Positions 14,302-25,325 of a DNA stretch of 64,000 bases are shown piece after piece. Within the stretch, counting starts at the first letter, position 1, and every line of letters begins with the position of its first letter. The notes below the pieces were generated by a model that made no database searches, was not told the origin of the DNA, and saw only the letters and a program-made list of their open reading frames with translations. The stretch comes from Clostridia bacterium. GTDB taxonomy: Bacteria; Bacillota; Clostridia; UBA1212; DUPL01. Made by a program: the position numbers and the translations under genes. The DNA lies in the NCBI GenBank assembly GCA_050951325.1, contig JBMNIW010000001.1, forward strand, positions 256,001 to 320,000, given 5' to 3'.

Positions 14302-16227
14302 TCACGCTTTATTGCTGAACAGGAAGTTAAATCTGCCATATGGTGCAGCATCACCATCCTGGTAGAAGGTCCATATTCCATTATCCATGTTGCAGTTATC
14401 CGCCCACTTGAATTGAAGATTCACTATGTCCATTGACGAAATGCCAATTTTTGAAGCGGGAACTTTCAACATAAGCTTGTTTCCTTCAACCCTCATATCA
14501 ACTTCTGCTACCTTTTCCCACTTGTTATCTCCTGCATATTTTTCCAAAACCGCCTTATTCTTTGACGGGGGAGCAGTCCTGTTTACGACAAAATCATAGC
14601 CATTCCACTTCTTTGTTTTTGAAAAACCAGTGGCAAGAAACAGCGTCATCCAGTTGTCCGTAGGGTCTGATATGTCCTCTACTGTATCTACATAAAAGTA
14701 GAAGTGCTTGTCATCCCTTGCTACTTTCATGACACTTATGTCATTTCTTCCTGTGTTGTTTTCATACTCTGATATATCAATATTTTTCCATTTGTCATAC
14801 AAGGATACATCTCTAATGCTCGTATCATTTATGAAGTCCTTGTAGACTGCTGTAGCATCATCCCATTGAGACCAGTCGCCATTTATGTCAACTGTTGTTT
14901 TCTTGCCAACATTTACCCTGCCGTTTGTTCCTTTGTATTGCCTGATAAAATTGCACATTTGCATGTAATAATTGTCCCCATAACCACCTGTCATGGGTTC
15001 TATGTCCCTGCTGTGGTCAATGTTGAAATTGTCCACAAACATGCACATATCACGAGGATCGTCCGTATATTTTCCTAATTGATTATCTTTACTCCATCCT
15101 CTGTCCGAATCCCAATTGCCTGCAATCCATTCATTCCATCCGCAGATGAATATCATAGGCGGATCCTTCTCAATTGCATATTCAAACTGTCTGGCAAAAT
15201 TGATACCGTATAGATACGAATCCTCCTCTCCTTCTATCCAATGACGGTTTCTTTTTCCATCCCAGTTTCTTGAATGATCTTTTGTCTCCCATAAATACCC
15301 ATAAACAGAGTTGAAGGTTTCACATATTTCAGCTACGGATACAGTCATCATCCATGTGTTTCCATTCTCATCTTTCATCTCCGTTGGCCAGTCTGAAAAA
15401 TCTATCCACGGAAACATGTTTTTCTTCTTGTTAAGATCATACTTAAAGGAACCATCTGGCATAACATCCAAAACTTCAAATGCATTCATGTATGAATCCT
15501 TCATAGTGAAGAATTCCTTTGCCCTTTTACTGATACTAGAATCCCTCATATCCCCTACAATTAAGGGTTTGCCGTCGTAGCAGTACCAAAGATGCTCATA
15601 CTCGGGATGTGCCATGTATATGTCATTGTATATCCTCTCTATTGTTGCTCCTGTGTTTGTATGTGTATAATAGCTTACCTTCGGAACCTTCCAGCCTTGC
15701 CTTGAGTACTCATCAAGTATCCTGAACAAGAGAAGTGATTGCTCCTCATAAATGTATGTATTTGTGGCATCTATCATGAGGTAGTCTATATCAGCCTCAA
15801 CAAACATCTGAACATGCTTTCTTATTACATAATCATCCAGCATTGTATAGTAGCTGAACAAGGGTTTTCCCCACCAATGGCTTGCTCCATACAGAGGCGA
15901 CCCTCCTGCTCTAGCCCATTCTTTCTTAGACCTAGGCGCATCAGGATTTTTCTTCAAAATTTCGGTATTGTCAAACACCTGATGCGAACCATGGGAGCCC
16001 GTCCACAAAAAATAGAATATTCCTACTTCCCGATCTTTTCTCTCTACGTCCAAAGCAACTGCTCGACCGAGGTCGTCAATACAGAAGGTTGTACCATTTA
16101 TATCAACATATTCTCCTTTGTACTTTTTCCATGTTGTAATGTCATCATAATTGTATTTGCGATTGCAGCCAAACATACTTCCCACCATAATTGTAGATAT
16201 AACGAGAAAAGCAGTTGCTTTTTTCAT
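14302..16227 (-). CDS. GH99/GH71-like putative glycoside hydrolase, lipoprotein
   Basis: Lipobox MFGC; DDLGR, GIFYFLW, HWWGKPLFSYY, DATN, GWNEW, SRDIEP; C-terminal beta domain. Confidence 0.7.
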   Translation of the reverse strand: MKKATAFLVISTIMVGSMFGCNRKYNYDDITTWKKYKGEYVDINGTTFCIDDLGRAVALDVERKDREVGIFYFLWTGSHGSHQVFDNTEILKKNPDAPRSKKEWARAGGSPLYGASHWWGKPLFSYYTMLDDYVIRKHVQMFVEADIDYLMIDATNTYIYEEQSLLLFRILDEYSRQGWKVPKVSYYTHTNTGATIERIYNDIYMAHPEYEHLWYCYDGKPLIVGDMRDSSISKRAKEFFTMKDSYMNAFEVLDVMPDGSFKYDLNKKKNMFPWIDFSDWPTEMKDENGNTWMMTVSVAEICETFNSVYGYLWETKDHSRNWDGKRNRHWIEGEEDSYLYGINFARQFEYAIEKDPPMIFICGWNEWIAGNWDSDRGWSKDNQLGKYTDDPRDMCMFVDNFNIDHSRDIEPMTGGYGDNYYMQMCNFIRQYKGTNGRVNVGKKTTVDINGDWSQWDDATAVYKDFINDTSIRDVSLYDKWKNIDISEYENNTGRNDISVMKVARDDKHFYFYVDTVEDISDPTDNWMTLFLATGFSKTKKWNGYDFVVNRTAPPSKNKAVLEKYAGDNKWEKVAEVDMRVEGNKLMLKVPASKIGISSMDIVNLQFKWADNCNMDNGIWTFYQDGDAAPYGRFNFLFSNKA

Positions 16228-17123
16228 TATTTTTTCCTCCTTTTTGCTATCACAACAAAGACCACAATTAACAAAACAGCAATAGCAGAAACAGCAGAAA
16301 TAATTACTCCTGTTGCATTCTTGTCTTTGGTCTTCTCTTTCGTAGGAGTTTTCTCTTCATCATTATCAGCAGGTTTTGGTGTTTCTTTAACTTCTTCAGT
16401 AGGTTCAGGAGTTGGCGTAACCTCAGGTTCATATAGATTAACCACCGTCATATTCTCTATAGTAAAAGAGCAGTAGTGGCCCATCATTCCAAGATTGAAC
16501 TCATACCCTTCAGTAAAATGATCGAAATCTCCAGGTTTATCACAATTGGTCAAATCCATATCCAATATTTGGACATCATTTATCTTCATGGAGAGTTTGT
16601 TGTCATCCCTGATTATCTCAAAATGAAACTTTGTGCCATTACTCATAGGGCCAAACTTGCTTGTAGCCTCCGTTTCTCCTTTGAAACTGTATATATCCTG
16701 AATCTTCTCTACACCACTCTGCTCAACAGCAATACCATAGTTTCTTGTTAGGAGTAGATGAACATATACTTCTTTGCCAGTCGCTTCATCATAAGCAGCT
16801 CCGACTTTAAAAAACGGTCCATATATGAATCCTAGTCCATCCTTGTCTTCAGCATAGAACTGGTTTATCTTAAGATCACCGGACCATACAAAACCCTTTG
16901 ACATATTAGGTATGTAGAATACAGCTTCGGAAGCAACTGTTTCATCTTCATTCCTAACAGTAACACTTTTAACTTTGTCTCCATCCATTATAACATCATA
17001 ATCCCAGTTGCCATCCTTGAAATGAACTTCAAAATCCTTGCCGATAATGTTTTCAGCATTTGCTGATACATTAAGCACAATAATTGCAAACAGTACCAAT
17101 ATGCAACATATTTTCCGCATCAT
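16227..17123 (-). CDS. Secreted beta-rich protein with Pro/Thr linker and C-terminal membrane anchor
   Basis: Signal peptide ending ANA, PEVTPTPEPTE linker, TM helix + KRRKK. Confidence 0.75.
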   Translation of the reverse strand: MMRKICCILVLFAIIVLNVSANAENIIGKDFEVHFKDGNWDYDVIMDGDKVKSVTVRNEDETVASEAVFYIPNMSKGFVWSGDLKINQFYAEDKDGLGFIYGPFFKVGAAYDEATGKEVYVHLLLTRNYGIAVEQSGVEKIQDIYSFKGETEATSKFGPMSNGTKFHFEIIRDDNKLSMKINDVQILDMDLTNCDKPGDFDHFTEGYEFNLGMMGHYCSFTIENMTVVNLYEPEVTPTPEPTEEVKETPKPADNDEEKTPTKEKTKDKNATGVIISAVSAIAVLLIVVFVVIAKRRKK

Positions 17124-17228
17124 GCAGTTACCCTCCAATCCAGAAACAGGTATGTTATATGTATAATACATTAAACGGGTGAAATGTTGTAGGTAATATA
17201 TTGTTTTCCATATGTAAATAATTGTGTT

Positions 17229-18479
17229 TTATACTTTTTTCTTTTTGATAACCATCAGAAGAACAACACAAGCAACTGCTGCTATAGCAACAATCACAAT
17301 ACCAGCTATTAAACCGACACTTCTTCTCTTGTCTTTTTCACTGCCCGTCTCTTTTGTTTGCGTGGGAATGGGAGTTGAGTCATCCTCATCGTCTGTTGGC
17401 GCAGGTGTATTCTCTGGCTCTTCAGTTGATGTCTCTTGTGGTTTTTCAATTGTAGATTTTATCACAATTTCTGCCACATCCACCTGTCCTGAGTGTCTCG
17501 TAGAAAGAGCAAGATAACCATTCACAGCTAACAGTGTGTTGGTTAAGTTTGCAATTTGCTTGCCTTCCCCATCCTTTACAACTGCCTTTTCAAAGAACTC
17601 ACTGATGGGGTCCCTATATATTGAGTTATCTCCTTCATCTGCATGAATGGACTTGGAATTTTCGTACTTTGTAACACCACTATATTCTACGCTACATATC
17701 AACTTTTCATTGGCATATATGGAAATCGAAGATGCCTTGTCCACTATCTTAAGATTGAAATAGTCAAAGACATTAAAATCCACATTGAAGTCATTACTCC
17801 ATACACCAAGACCGCCATCATATCTTTCATCATGCAGCCTAATATATATTCTCAGAAGATTCTGGCCATCCAATTTTAATGGTACAATACCAAGACCGCT
17901 GCCACCCAGGTAATTGTAGGTATAAAAATCAAAATCTCCGTCATCCTCCAATTTCGCCTTGTATTCAGGATCATTTAGCCTGTTTGTATTGTAGTCAGTC
18001 TCGAAGTATGTATACTCAAATAGACGATACTCACCATCCTGATAACCACAGTATCGTCTTGAGTAGTAACTCTGTCCTGGCACAAGGTTTGTTCCACGAA
18101 CAAAAATGCCGTACAACGCGTATATATCCTTTCCAACGTCCCCTACTTTAAGTCTGTATTCAACTTCATAGGATTCATCATTTACAGCATCAAAAGGCTG
18201 AGAAAACACAGCTTGACCGTATCCATAAAACCTAAATGCTTTGCTGCCCTTGTCCTCAACGACAGTAATGCTGCCGCCCCACTCAGTATCCAAAGCAGCT
18301 TGTTTAATAAGCCACATTTCCTCAAAGGCAGTAGCCCCCATGCCATCCAACGAGTCGCCGACTTTGTACTCGCCAGAGGAAAAATCCTCTTTGTACTCAT
18401 CAAAACTACTTGCAGCAGCATTTAGAGAAAAAACTGCAGCAATCACAAAAAACAGTACACCAGTCAATGTCTTTCTCAC
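17229..18479 (-). CDS. Secreted beta-rich protein with C-terminal membrane anchor (distant member of the locus domain family)
   Basis: Signal peptide, TEEPENTPAPT linker, TM + KKKK; GIFVRG/LKIVD/KDGEG/GYLAL motifs echo 25326..26210. Confidence 0.7.
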   Translation of the reverse strand: MRKTLTGVLFFVIAAVFSLNAAASSFDEYKEDFSSGEYKVGDSLDGMGATAFEEMWLIKQAALDTEWGGSITVVEDKGSKAFRFYGYGQAVFSQPFDAVNDESYEVEYRLKVGDVGKDIYALYGIFVRGTNLVPGQSYYSRRYCGYQDGEYRLFEYTYFETDYNTNRLNDPEYKAKLEDDGDFDFYTYNYLGGSGLGIVPLKLDGQNLLRIYIRLHDERYDGGLGVWSNDFNVDFNVFDYFNLKIVDKASSISIYANEKLICSVEYSGVTKYENSKSIHADEGDNSIYRDPISEFFEKAVVKDGEGKQIANLTNTLLAVNGYLALSTRHSGQVDVAEIVIKSTIEKPQETSTEEPENTPAPTDDEDDSTPIPTQTKETGSEKDKRRSVGLIAGIVIVAIAAVACVVLLMVIKKKKV

Positions 18480-18482
18480 TCT

Positions 18483-20996
18483 TCATCCCTCCTTTTTGTT
18501 TATTCCAATTGCCTTTTTTGCCAAAAATATCACCAAACCGACAAGTATTAAAGCAACAGACCAAACTGCAATCATTACGTAATCCACACTCTTTTTGGAA
18601 GGAAGTTTTCTAAAGTTTTCATCAGTGTTGAATACAAAACAAAACCTCCCACCAGGTGCCACATCGCCAAACTGGTAAAAATCCATAATATCACCATCGG
18701 ACTGCATGTTGTCAGACCATTTGAAGTTAAATGCAATATTCTTCGCTTTGCCGCTTATGCCAAGATACTCTTTTGGCACCTCTATCTGCATAACATTTCC
18801 ACTTACAGTGTACCTGGCCTCGCCGACCTTATCCCAATCCCAACCGCCTTTGCTCCTTTCAACAATTACTTTATCCACTGTTGCATTCTCTCTGTTTATA
18901 CAAAACTCGAAACCTTCCCAATTACCATTACCCTCAAATGTTGTATCAATAAACAGTCTCATCCAGGCTTTATCAGTGTACGGTGTAATATCATCCTTTG
19001 TTTGTGCAAAGAAATATATGTTGTTCTCATCGTACGCAACTTTTGCAAGGACAAAATCATTCCTCATGGTATCATTGGCATCAAACACAGCACCTCTAAA
19101 GCCACCTGCTTCCCTATATGGCGTGGAGCCAGTGTAGTGATGGTATTCAGGAAGAACATCCTTCCACTGTTCCACTCCTTTCGATATGTCAATCTTTTTG
19201 TATGCGTAGATCGAATCGGGCACGCTCATTCCTTTAAACTTTCTAATATTGCTTACCATTTGATAGTAATAGTGGTCTTTCAAGTCACCTTTTGTCATTT
19301 CTATATCACGACTGTTTTCATCATCAAATTGATCAACAAAGGCATTAATCAATTTCACATGGCCTGTGTCAAATTCAGCATATCTATGTACGGTCCACTC
19401 ATTCCAACCCACAATGAATACAATATCAGGGTCAACCTCATGCGCATAATCCCACTGTTCCTGAAAATTCAGACCTTGTAGTTTTGTCTTAGAGATGATG
19501 TTGCCTTCAGTAAAATCATCATCTCCAATCCATCCATTTTTATATGTCCAGCTTCTACCTGTAGGTCTTAGTTTCGGGTCAGTCTGATTCATAGCAGAAA
19601 AACCAGGTAACTCCCTGTTGCCATTTTGGGCAACACTTACTGGCACATACTCTACAGAGCCGTCCTTCCTTACTCCAAATCTACCCTGTGGATGAATTCT
19701 CAGCCACTGCCAGTATCCTATCTCTTCATTATGCTTGTCTGCATAATCGCCACTGTTTGCCCTGAATGTAAACGAATCAAGAAGATATTTGTGTTTTTCA
19801 TTATCCAATATGTTCTTGTTTGCCATGATTAATGGTTTTCCGTCCAAATAAAACCATAGATCCTGGTACAACCCACGAGCGAATATGTCTCTGTACAACA
19901 TGTCAAGCTGTGTACTTAATTCATATTGGCTCCTTGAGTTTAAAAAGAATGCAAACTGCGGAACTTTAACTCCTTCCGACTTGGCCTTCATGAATGCATC
20001 CACAAGGCACAGAAACTGTGCTCTCCAGAGATACGTTGCGTTTGTGCAGTCAAATACAATGAAGTCCACACCTGCATCAGCAAGAAGTTCTGCATGCTTT
20101 CTATAAACAAAAGCATCTGTTCCGGAGTAGTATCCGTACAAAGGCTCATTCCAGTAATATATCACTCTGCTTTGGGACTCAATAGTCGACCACAGTCTAT
20201 GAATTGGATCAAGTCTTGCATCCGGGTATTCTGTCATCAACTTCTGCAGGCTGTATGGAGTTATTGAATTGGAATACTCTTCCTCAAACCATATTGTGTA
20301 GAATATGCCAACCTTTTTATCCTTTAAGTTACCCACATCCTTGTAGGCAGGAAGTATTCTTCCAAGCCCGTCTACTGCAGCCCAGGTATCAGGTCTGACC
20401 TTGTACTCTCTATCATCAACAGGATTGAAATAGTCAAACTCAAGTATGGGCTCGTCACTCTTGTTCTCCGATATCTCACCAAGTTTCTTTCCATTGCCGC
20501 TAATAAATCTTACATACGCAGCAACACCAATAGAAGGCTCTGCCCTGTCATTGTAATAGACTCTTACATTATTGATACTCTTCTCCACTATTTTGATATT
20601 TACCGCTTTACCAGATGCCTTGTTTAAAAGAAGTATGTACTCACCTTTTGGCAGGGTGTCGAACTTGTAAGTTATTTTATTGCCAAAACCTTCAAATGAC
20701 TTCTTGCGAACAGGTTCCTTTCTCAATGTTTTGGCATAAAACTCATCCCACTCATAAATTGACACTGTAAGTTTTCCCTTGCCGTGCTTTCCAGCATTAA
20801 CCTCTATGGTTACTTCGTCAAAATCCTCCGTTGCATTAAACTGTATAGCCAGGTTGTCATGGGAATACAACCTCATTTCATTTACCAGTTTCTCCTTATC
20901 AAACAAGGCAACTTTTTCAGACGCACCATTTGCCACTATTATCCCAAAACCCAGCATTGCTGAAATAATAATTAGACATGCTTTTACAGCCTTCAT
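18483..20996 (-). CDS. GH99/GH71-like putative glycoside hydrolase with extra N-terminal domain and C-terminal TM anchor
   Basis: DGLGR, GIFYTIW, YYWNEPLYGYY, RKHAELLADAGVDF, DCTN, GWNEW, SRDIEM; ATG overlaps fucosidase TGA. Confidence 0.72.
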   Translation of the reverse strand: MKAVKACLIIISAMLGFGIIVANGASEKVALFDKEKLVNEMRLYSHDNLAIQFNATEDFDEVTIEVNAGKHGKGKLTVSIYEWDEFYAKTLRKEPVRKKSFEGFGNKITYKFDTLPKGEYILLLNKASGKAVNIKIVEKSINNVRVYYNDRAEPSIGVAAYVRFISGNGKKLGEISENKSDEPILEFDYFNPVDDREYKVRPDTWAAVDGLGRILPAYKDVGNLKDKKVGIFYTIWFEEEYSNSITPYSLQKLMTEYPDARLDPIHRLWSTIESQSRVIYYWNEPLYGYYSGTDAFVYRKHAELLADAGVDFIVFDCTNATYLWRAQFLCLVDAFMKAKSEGVKVPQFAFFLNSRSQYELSTQLDMLYRDIFARGLYQDLWFYLDGKPLIMANKNILDNEKHKYLLDSFTFRANSGDYADKHNEEIGYWQWLRIHPQGRFGVRKDGSVEYVPVSVAQNGNRELPGFSAMNQTDPKLRPTGRSWTYKNGWIGDDDFTEGNIISKTKLQGLNFQEQWDYAHEVDPDIVFIVGWNEWTVHRYAEFDTGHVKLINAFVDQFDDENSRDIEMTKGDLKDHYYYQMVSNIRKFKGMSVPDSIYAYKKIDISKGVEQWKDVLPEYHHYTGSTPYREAGGFRGAVFDANDTMRNDFVLAKVAYDENNIYFFAQTKDDITPYTDKAWMRLFIDTTFEGNGNWEGFEFCINRENATVDKVIVERSKGGWDWDKVGEARYTVSGNVMQIEVPKEYLGISGKAKNIAFNFKWSDNMQSDGDIMDFYQFGDVAPGGRFCFVFNTDENFRKLPSKKSVDYVMIAVWSVALILVGLVIFLAKKAIGINKKEG

Positions 20997-21970
20997 TGCC
21001 AACCTCCGTTCATTCTTGCCAAATCTTTCAAAACCTGCATTGCAGGTGCTGGAAACCTTCCCAAATGATCAGGCCCAATGTTCAATAAATAATTTGCACC
21101 AATCCTTTTAAGATGTTCTTTTGTTTTAAATACTTCCTCTGCACTTTTCCAGTTGTTATCGTAATATTTAAAACCCCAGGAATCATTCAAGGTTGCTGGA
21201 CTTTCATACAAAACATCCAAAACCTTATCTATAGGTATCTCATTGTCTCCTGCTGATATATAGTCGTAGATGCCATTGCCAAGTCTAGAGTTTACAAGAC
21301 AATCTGGCTGATAATGTTTTACCATGCTGTATAGTTCAAGACTTTTTTCTTTCGATATTACAAGCGGTGTATCAAACCAGATGAGGAACAGCTCTCCATA
21401 GTTTGTGAGTATTTCTTTAAGCTGAGGTTTTATCTTCTCTTCATAGCAAATATCGTAGCATTTGTTTTCATTATCAGGATAATCCCAGTCATTCGTCCAG
21501 GAAGTAGTCCCTTCTAGATTTAAAAAAGGATATCTGTACCCACCGCCATGCGGATGGGACCAATCGATATCCTGTGAATAGTAAAGACCGAGTTTAATGC
21601 CGTGTTTGTAACAGGCTTCAGCAAGTTCACCTACAACATCTCGTCCAAAAGGTGTCATGTCCACCACATTGAATTTTGTTGCTTTGGAATGAAACATAGC
21701 AAATCCATCATGGTGTTTTGAAGTGAAGACCATGTACTTCATGCCCGCTGCTTTTGCAAGTCTTGCATACTCTTCTGCGTTAAAATATATTGGGTTGAAC
21801 ACTTTTACAAGTTCGTGGTATTCCTTGTTAGGTATGCGGAAATATGCCTGTGTCCATTCAGCGATATACGGCATTCTTTGCCCTTTCCACTCCCCACCCA
21901 ATAAAGAATACAATCCAAAATGAATCATAAGACCAAACTGAGCTTCCTTAAAATGTAACCTAACATCCAT
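20993..21970 (-). CDS. Alpha-L-fucosidase, GH29 (catalytic domain only)
   Basis: FGLMIHFGLYS, TSKHHDGF, GLYYS, IWFD nucleophile, LLNIGP. Confidence 0.92.
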   Translation of the reverse strand: MDVRLHFKEAQFGLMIHFGLYSLLGGEWKGQRMPYIAEWTQAYFRIPNKEYHELVKVFNPIYFNAEEYARLAKAAGMKYMVFTSKHHDGFAMFHSKATKFNVVDMTPFGRDVVGELAEACYKHGIKLGLYYSQDIDWSHPHGGGYRYPFLNLEGTTSWTNDWDYPDNENKCYDICYEEKIKPQLKEILTNYGELFLIWFDTPLVISKEKSLELYSMVKHYQPDCLVNSRLGNGIYDYISAGDNEIPIDKVLDVLYESPATLNDSWGFKYYDNNWKSAEEVFKTKEHLKRIGANYLLNIGPDHLGRFPAPAMQVLKDLARMNGGWQ

Positions 21971-22057
21971 AAAAGCACCTATCTTTCGCACCTTGTATAC
22001 TGTTAGTAATTATATTACTTGTAGGAAAATATTGCAATTAGAACAGTAAAAAGCGGG

Positions 22058-24092
22058 CCCTAGTTTAACAGTTGATATTTCAATTTAAATTGCATAAATG
22101 CCCTAAATAACGCCAACTTGGCGCCTTTTTTTATGTCAAATAATTTTCATCTTTCTGTTGTATAATGTAGTAGAACATGGTATAATATAACTGATTACTA
22201 TCAGGAGGTGCTGTTGGATGTTTTTGAAAGTTACCAAACTGAAAAACGGCAAAATCAATTTAAGTTTTGTTGAAGGTTATCGTGACCCTGCAACCAAAAA
22301 AGTCAAACATAAGCTGGTTGAGAATTTGGGCTATCTGGATGAATATCTTGATCGTTACGAGGATCCAATAGCGCATTTTAAAGAGATTGCACGCATTCGC
22401 ACCCAGGAACTTAACGAGGAAAAAAGTAAAAAGGAAATATTTCTGGGTACTATTTCTGAAGACGAGACCATGGAAGTGAACGAAGATTCCTTGCAGCACA
22501 TGGGATTCCTTCCTCTAAGCTCAATTTACCATCAGTTAAAAATCGACAAATTCATTATCAATCGTCAACGAAGCCTGTCCATGGATTATTCGCTAAACGA
22601 TGTTATGCAATTGTTGGTGTATACAAGGATTCTATCTCCAGGGTCCAAGATAGACAGTTACAGACAAAAAGAACGTATGGCTAAAGATTTCAAATGTGAT
22701 TGGTATGATGTTTATCGTGCATTGGACTATTTTGCATCTTTTCGAGATGACCTTCTCCTCCATCTTCACGAGCAGGTCAGAATCAACTATCAACGTAAAA
22801 CTGATGTTGGCTTTTATGATGTCACAAACTTTTACTTTGAGATTGATAAAGAGGATGAATTTCGTCGCAAGGGTTATTGCAAGCACAATACACGAAATCC
22901 GCTAGTGCAAATGGGACTGCTTCTTGATTCTGATGCTATTCCAATAGCGTATCAGTTATTTAAAGGGAACACCCATGACAGTCAGACAATGATGCCGCTG
23001 TTGCATAAAATACGTGCCAGTTATGGACTGGGTAGAATAATTACCGTAGCAGACAAAGGATTGAATAGCGGAGACAACATCGCATTTCTCATGGCCAAAG
23101 GAGATGGATTCATATTCTCTCAGAAAATACGGGGAGCTTCCAAAGATCTGCAAGACTATGTTTTTGATCAGTCAGGATATGTAGATGTGCACGGGATAGT
23201 AAAACATGCTGATGCATGGAACGAAAGGAATGGCAACCAGGACAGCGGGGTGTTCCGCATGAAATCGCGACTATATCCACAGGAATTCTGGGTAACTCAT
23301 GCAGATGATGTCAAACGCAAAATACCGTTGGATGTAAAACAGATTGTATGTTACAACGAGCTTTATGCAAGACGCCAGAAGCACAAGAGGGATGAACTTA
23401 TTGCCAAGGCCAAAAGAATCATAGAAAATCCCAAACGCTATGATAAGAGTGAGGCAGGTGGGGCATTACGATATGTAAAAAACATTGAATATGACCCGGA
23501 AACTGGTGAGTACATTAAAACCAGGCGTTTACCCAGCCTGGATGAAGACAGGATTGCGGAAGACGAAAAGTATGATGGCTACTATGCAATCATTACAAGC
23601 GAACTGGATATGCCAGACCATGATGTCGTCAAAGCATATCACGGTCTTTGGGAGATAGAACATAGTTTCAGGATTACTAAAAGCGATATTGAAGCCAGAC
23701 CTGTTAATGTTACACTCGAGCAAAGGATTGATGCCCACTTTCTTACATGTTTCATAGCCTTGCTAGTCTTAAGACTTTTGTGTAAACGACTGGACGGAAA
23801 GTATGCCCCTGAACAGGTAATCAAATCTTTGAGAAATTATCAGGTTTGTTGGATTAAGGACAATGTATACAAGGCAACCTACTATGACCAAATACTAAAA
23901 GATTTGGGTGAGGCTTTGAATTTGAGACTGGATAGACGCTTCCTAAAAGCAGGCGACATCAGGCAACTAATTGCAGATACCAAAAAGTGACCATAAATAC
24001 ACAACATTTTTCTGAAATAAACAAAACCTCACAAACCCACTAATTACAAGGGTTTATGGAGGTTTTTTTTAATTCTAACTGTTAAACTCAAG
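22058..24092 (+). mobile_element. IS1634-family element (copy A)
   Basis: Imperfect 16-bp TIRs CCCTAGTTTAACAGTT / AACTGTTAAACTCAAG around transposase. Confidence 0.8.
22218..23990 (+). CDS. IS1634-family DDE transposase
   Basis: FYDVTNFYF, VQMGL, VADKGL, DGYYAIITS, LWEIEHSFRITK, HFLTCFIAL. Confidence 0.92.
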   Translation: MFLKVTKLKNGKINLSFVEGYRDPATKKVKHKLVENLGYLDEYLDRYEDPIAHFKEIARIRTQELNEEKSKKEIFLGTISEDETMEVNEDSLQHMGFLPLSSIYHQLKIDKFIINRQRSLSMDYSLNDVMQLLVYTRILSPGSKIDSYRQKERMAKDFKCDWYDVYRALDYFASFRDDLLLHLHEQVRINYQRKTDVGFYDVTNFYFEIDKEDEFRRKGYCKHNTRNPLVQMGLLLDSDAIPIAYQLFKGNTHDSQTMMPLLHKIRASYGLGRIITVADKGLNSGDNIAFLMAKGDGFIFSQKIRGASKDLQDYVFDQSGYVDVHGIVKHADAWNERNGNQDSGVFRMKSRLYPQEFWVTHADDVKRKIPLDVKQIVCYNELYARRQKHKRDELIAKAKRIIENPKRYDKSEAGGALRYVKNIEYDPETGEYIKTRRLPSLDEDRIAEDEKYDGYYAIITSELDMPDHDVVKAYHGLWEIEHSFRITKSDIEARPVNVTLEQRIDAHFLTCFIALLVLRLLCKRLDGKYAPEQVIKSLRNYQVCWIKDNVYKATYYDQILKDLGEALNLRLDRRFLKAGDIRQLIADTKK

Positions 24093-24221
24093 ATTATAAA
24101 TTACATTGCTTTATATTACAGGTTCATTCTTGTCAATTTGCCACTTTTTCGGTCTTTTCTTGTTGTTTCAGCTTAATCAATTATTGAACCAACCTGGTTA
24201 ATCTGTATAATAATATCAGGA

Positions 24222-25286
24222 GTGATGAAGTTGATTTTAAACAAAAACCTAGCAAGATACCTGCAGCCATTAACTGAAGAAGAATTAATATACAAAGAAT
24301 ATTATGAACTTAAGCAAAAGAACGCACCTCTTGAGGAATTCTTTGAATCCATTGCAAACAGGAATGATATAAGGAAAGACTTGTTCATAAAAGAATTGGA
24401 AGGCTCCGGATACTACGAAAAGGTAACGGATATATTCTATCCTTTCGACTACGACATAGTTGCAGCAAGACACACAAGATATCATCCCCTATTCTTACAC
24501 AGACATCCTTTTTATGAGATTGTCTATCAGATTGAGGGTACCTGCACAAATACAATAAACAACATAACAGTAGAGATGACGGAAGGGGACATATGTATAA
24601 TACCTCCAGGACCTGTTCATACCGTTGGTGTTTTTGACAACAGCATAATAGTTAACATACTTGTAAAACCGGAATCAATCACAAACTCGTTACACGAACT
24701 TCTTGCAAGAAACAATATTATAACCAAGTTCTTTGAGGGTAATGAGTTCACATACTCTTACAACTATGCACTGTTCAGGGTAACAAACGACATAGAGTTG
24801 AAAGACATAATGGAGTCGCTGATACTTGAATGTTTCAACAAGGATATTCATACGCTGCCCATGAGAAAGACTCTTCTAATGCTGGCATTCAATCACTTGC
24901 TGAGATACCAGCTTAACAACATGGAGCTTTCCGAGAACAAAAACAAACTGCACACAAAGGTACAAAGCATATGCCAGTATCTCAAGACAAGTTACCAGAC
25001 AACAAACTTAAATGACACTGCAAGGCAGTTCAATTACTCTCCCACATATCTTTGCAAATTAATTAGAAACAGTACCGGACATACCTTCAACGACATATTA
25101 ACCAGGATAAGAATAACCAAAGCTTGCGATCTCCTTGCCACAACAAAAAAGGGCATTAACGATATTGCAGAACTTGTAGGATACGAATCTCCTGAATACT
25201 TCAACAAAGTCTTCAAAAAATACATGGGTGTGTCCGCAACAGAATACAGGAAGGATTACAACATGTCGGTAATAAAGAATATGTAG
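24222..25286 (+). CDS. AraC-family transcriptional regulator
   Basis: HRHPFYEI cupin motif; IAELVGYESPEYFNKVFKK. Confidence 0.93.
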   Translation: MMKLILNKNLARYLQPLTEEELIYKEYYELKQKNAPLEEFFESIANRNDIRKDLFIKELEGSGYYEKVTDIFYPFDYDIVAARHTRYHPLFLHRHPFYEIVYQIEGTCTNTINNITVEMTEGDICIIPPGPVHTVGVFDNSIIVNILVKPESITNSLHELLARNNIITKFFEGNEFTYSYNYALFRVTNDIELKDIMESLILECFNKDIHTLPMRKTLLMLAFNHLLRYQLNNMELSENKNKLHTKVQSICQYLKTSYQTTNLNDTARQFNYSPTYLCKLIRNSTGHTFNDILTRIRITKACDLLATTKKGINDIAELVGYESPEYFNKVFKKYMGVSATEYRKDYNMSVIKNM

Positions 25287-25291
25287 ACAAC

Positions 25292-25316
25292 AAAGGCTGG
25301 CGATTGCCAGCCTTTT
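25292..25316. terminator. Bidirectional intrinsic terminator
   Basis: AAAGGCTGGC-gatt-GCCAGCCTTT. Confidence 0.8.
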
Positions 25317-25325
25317 ACGTCCTAT

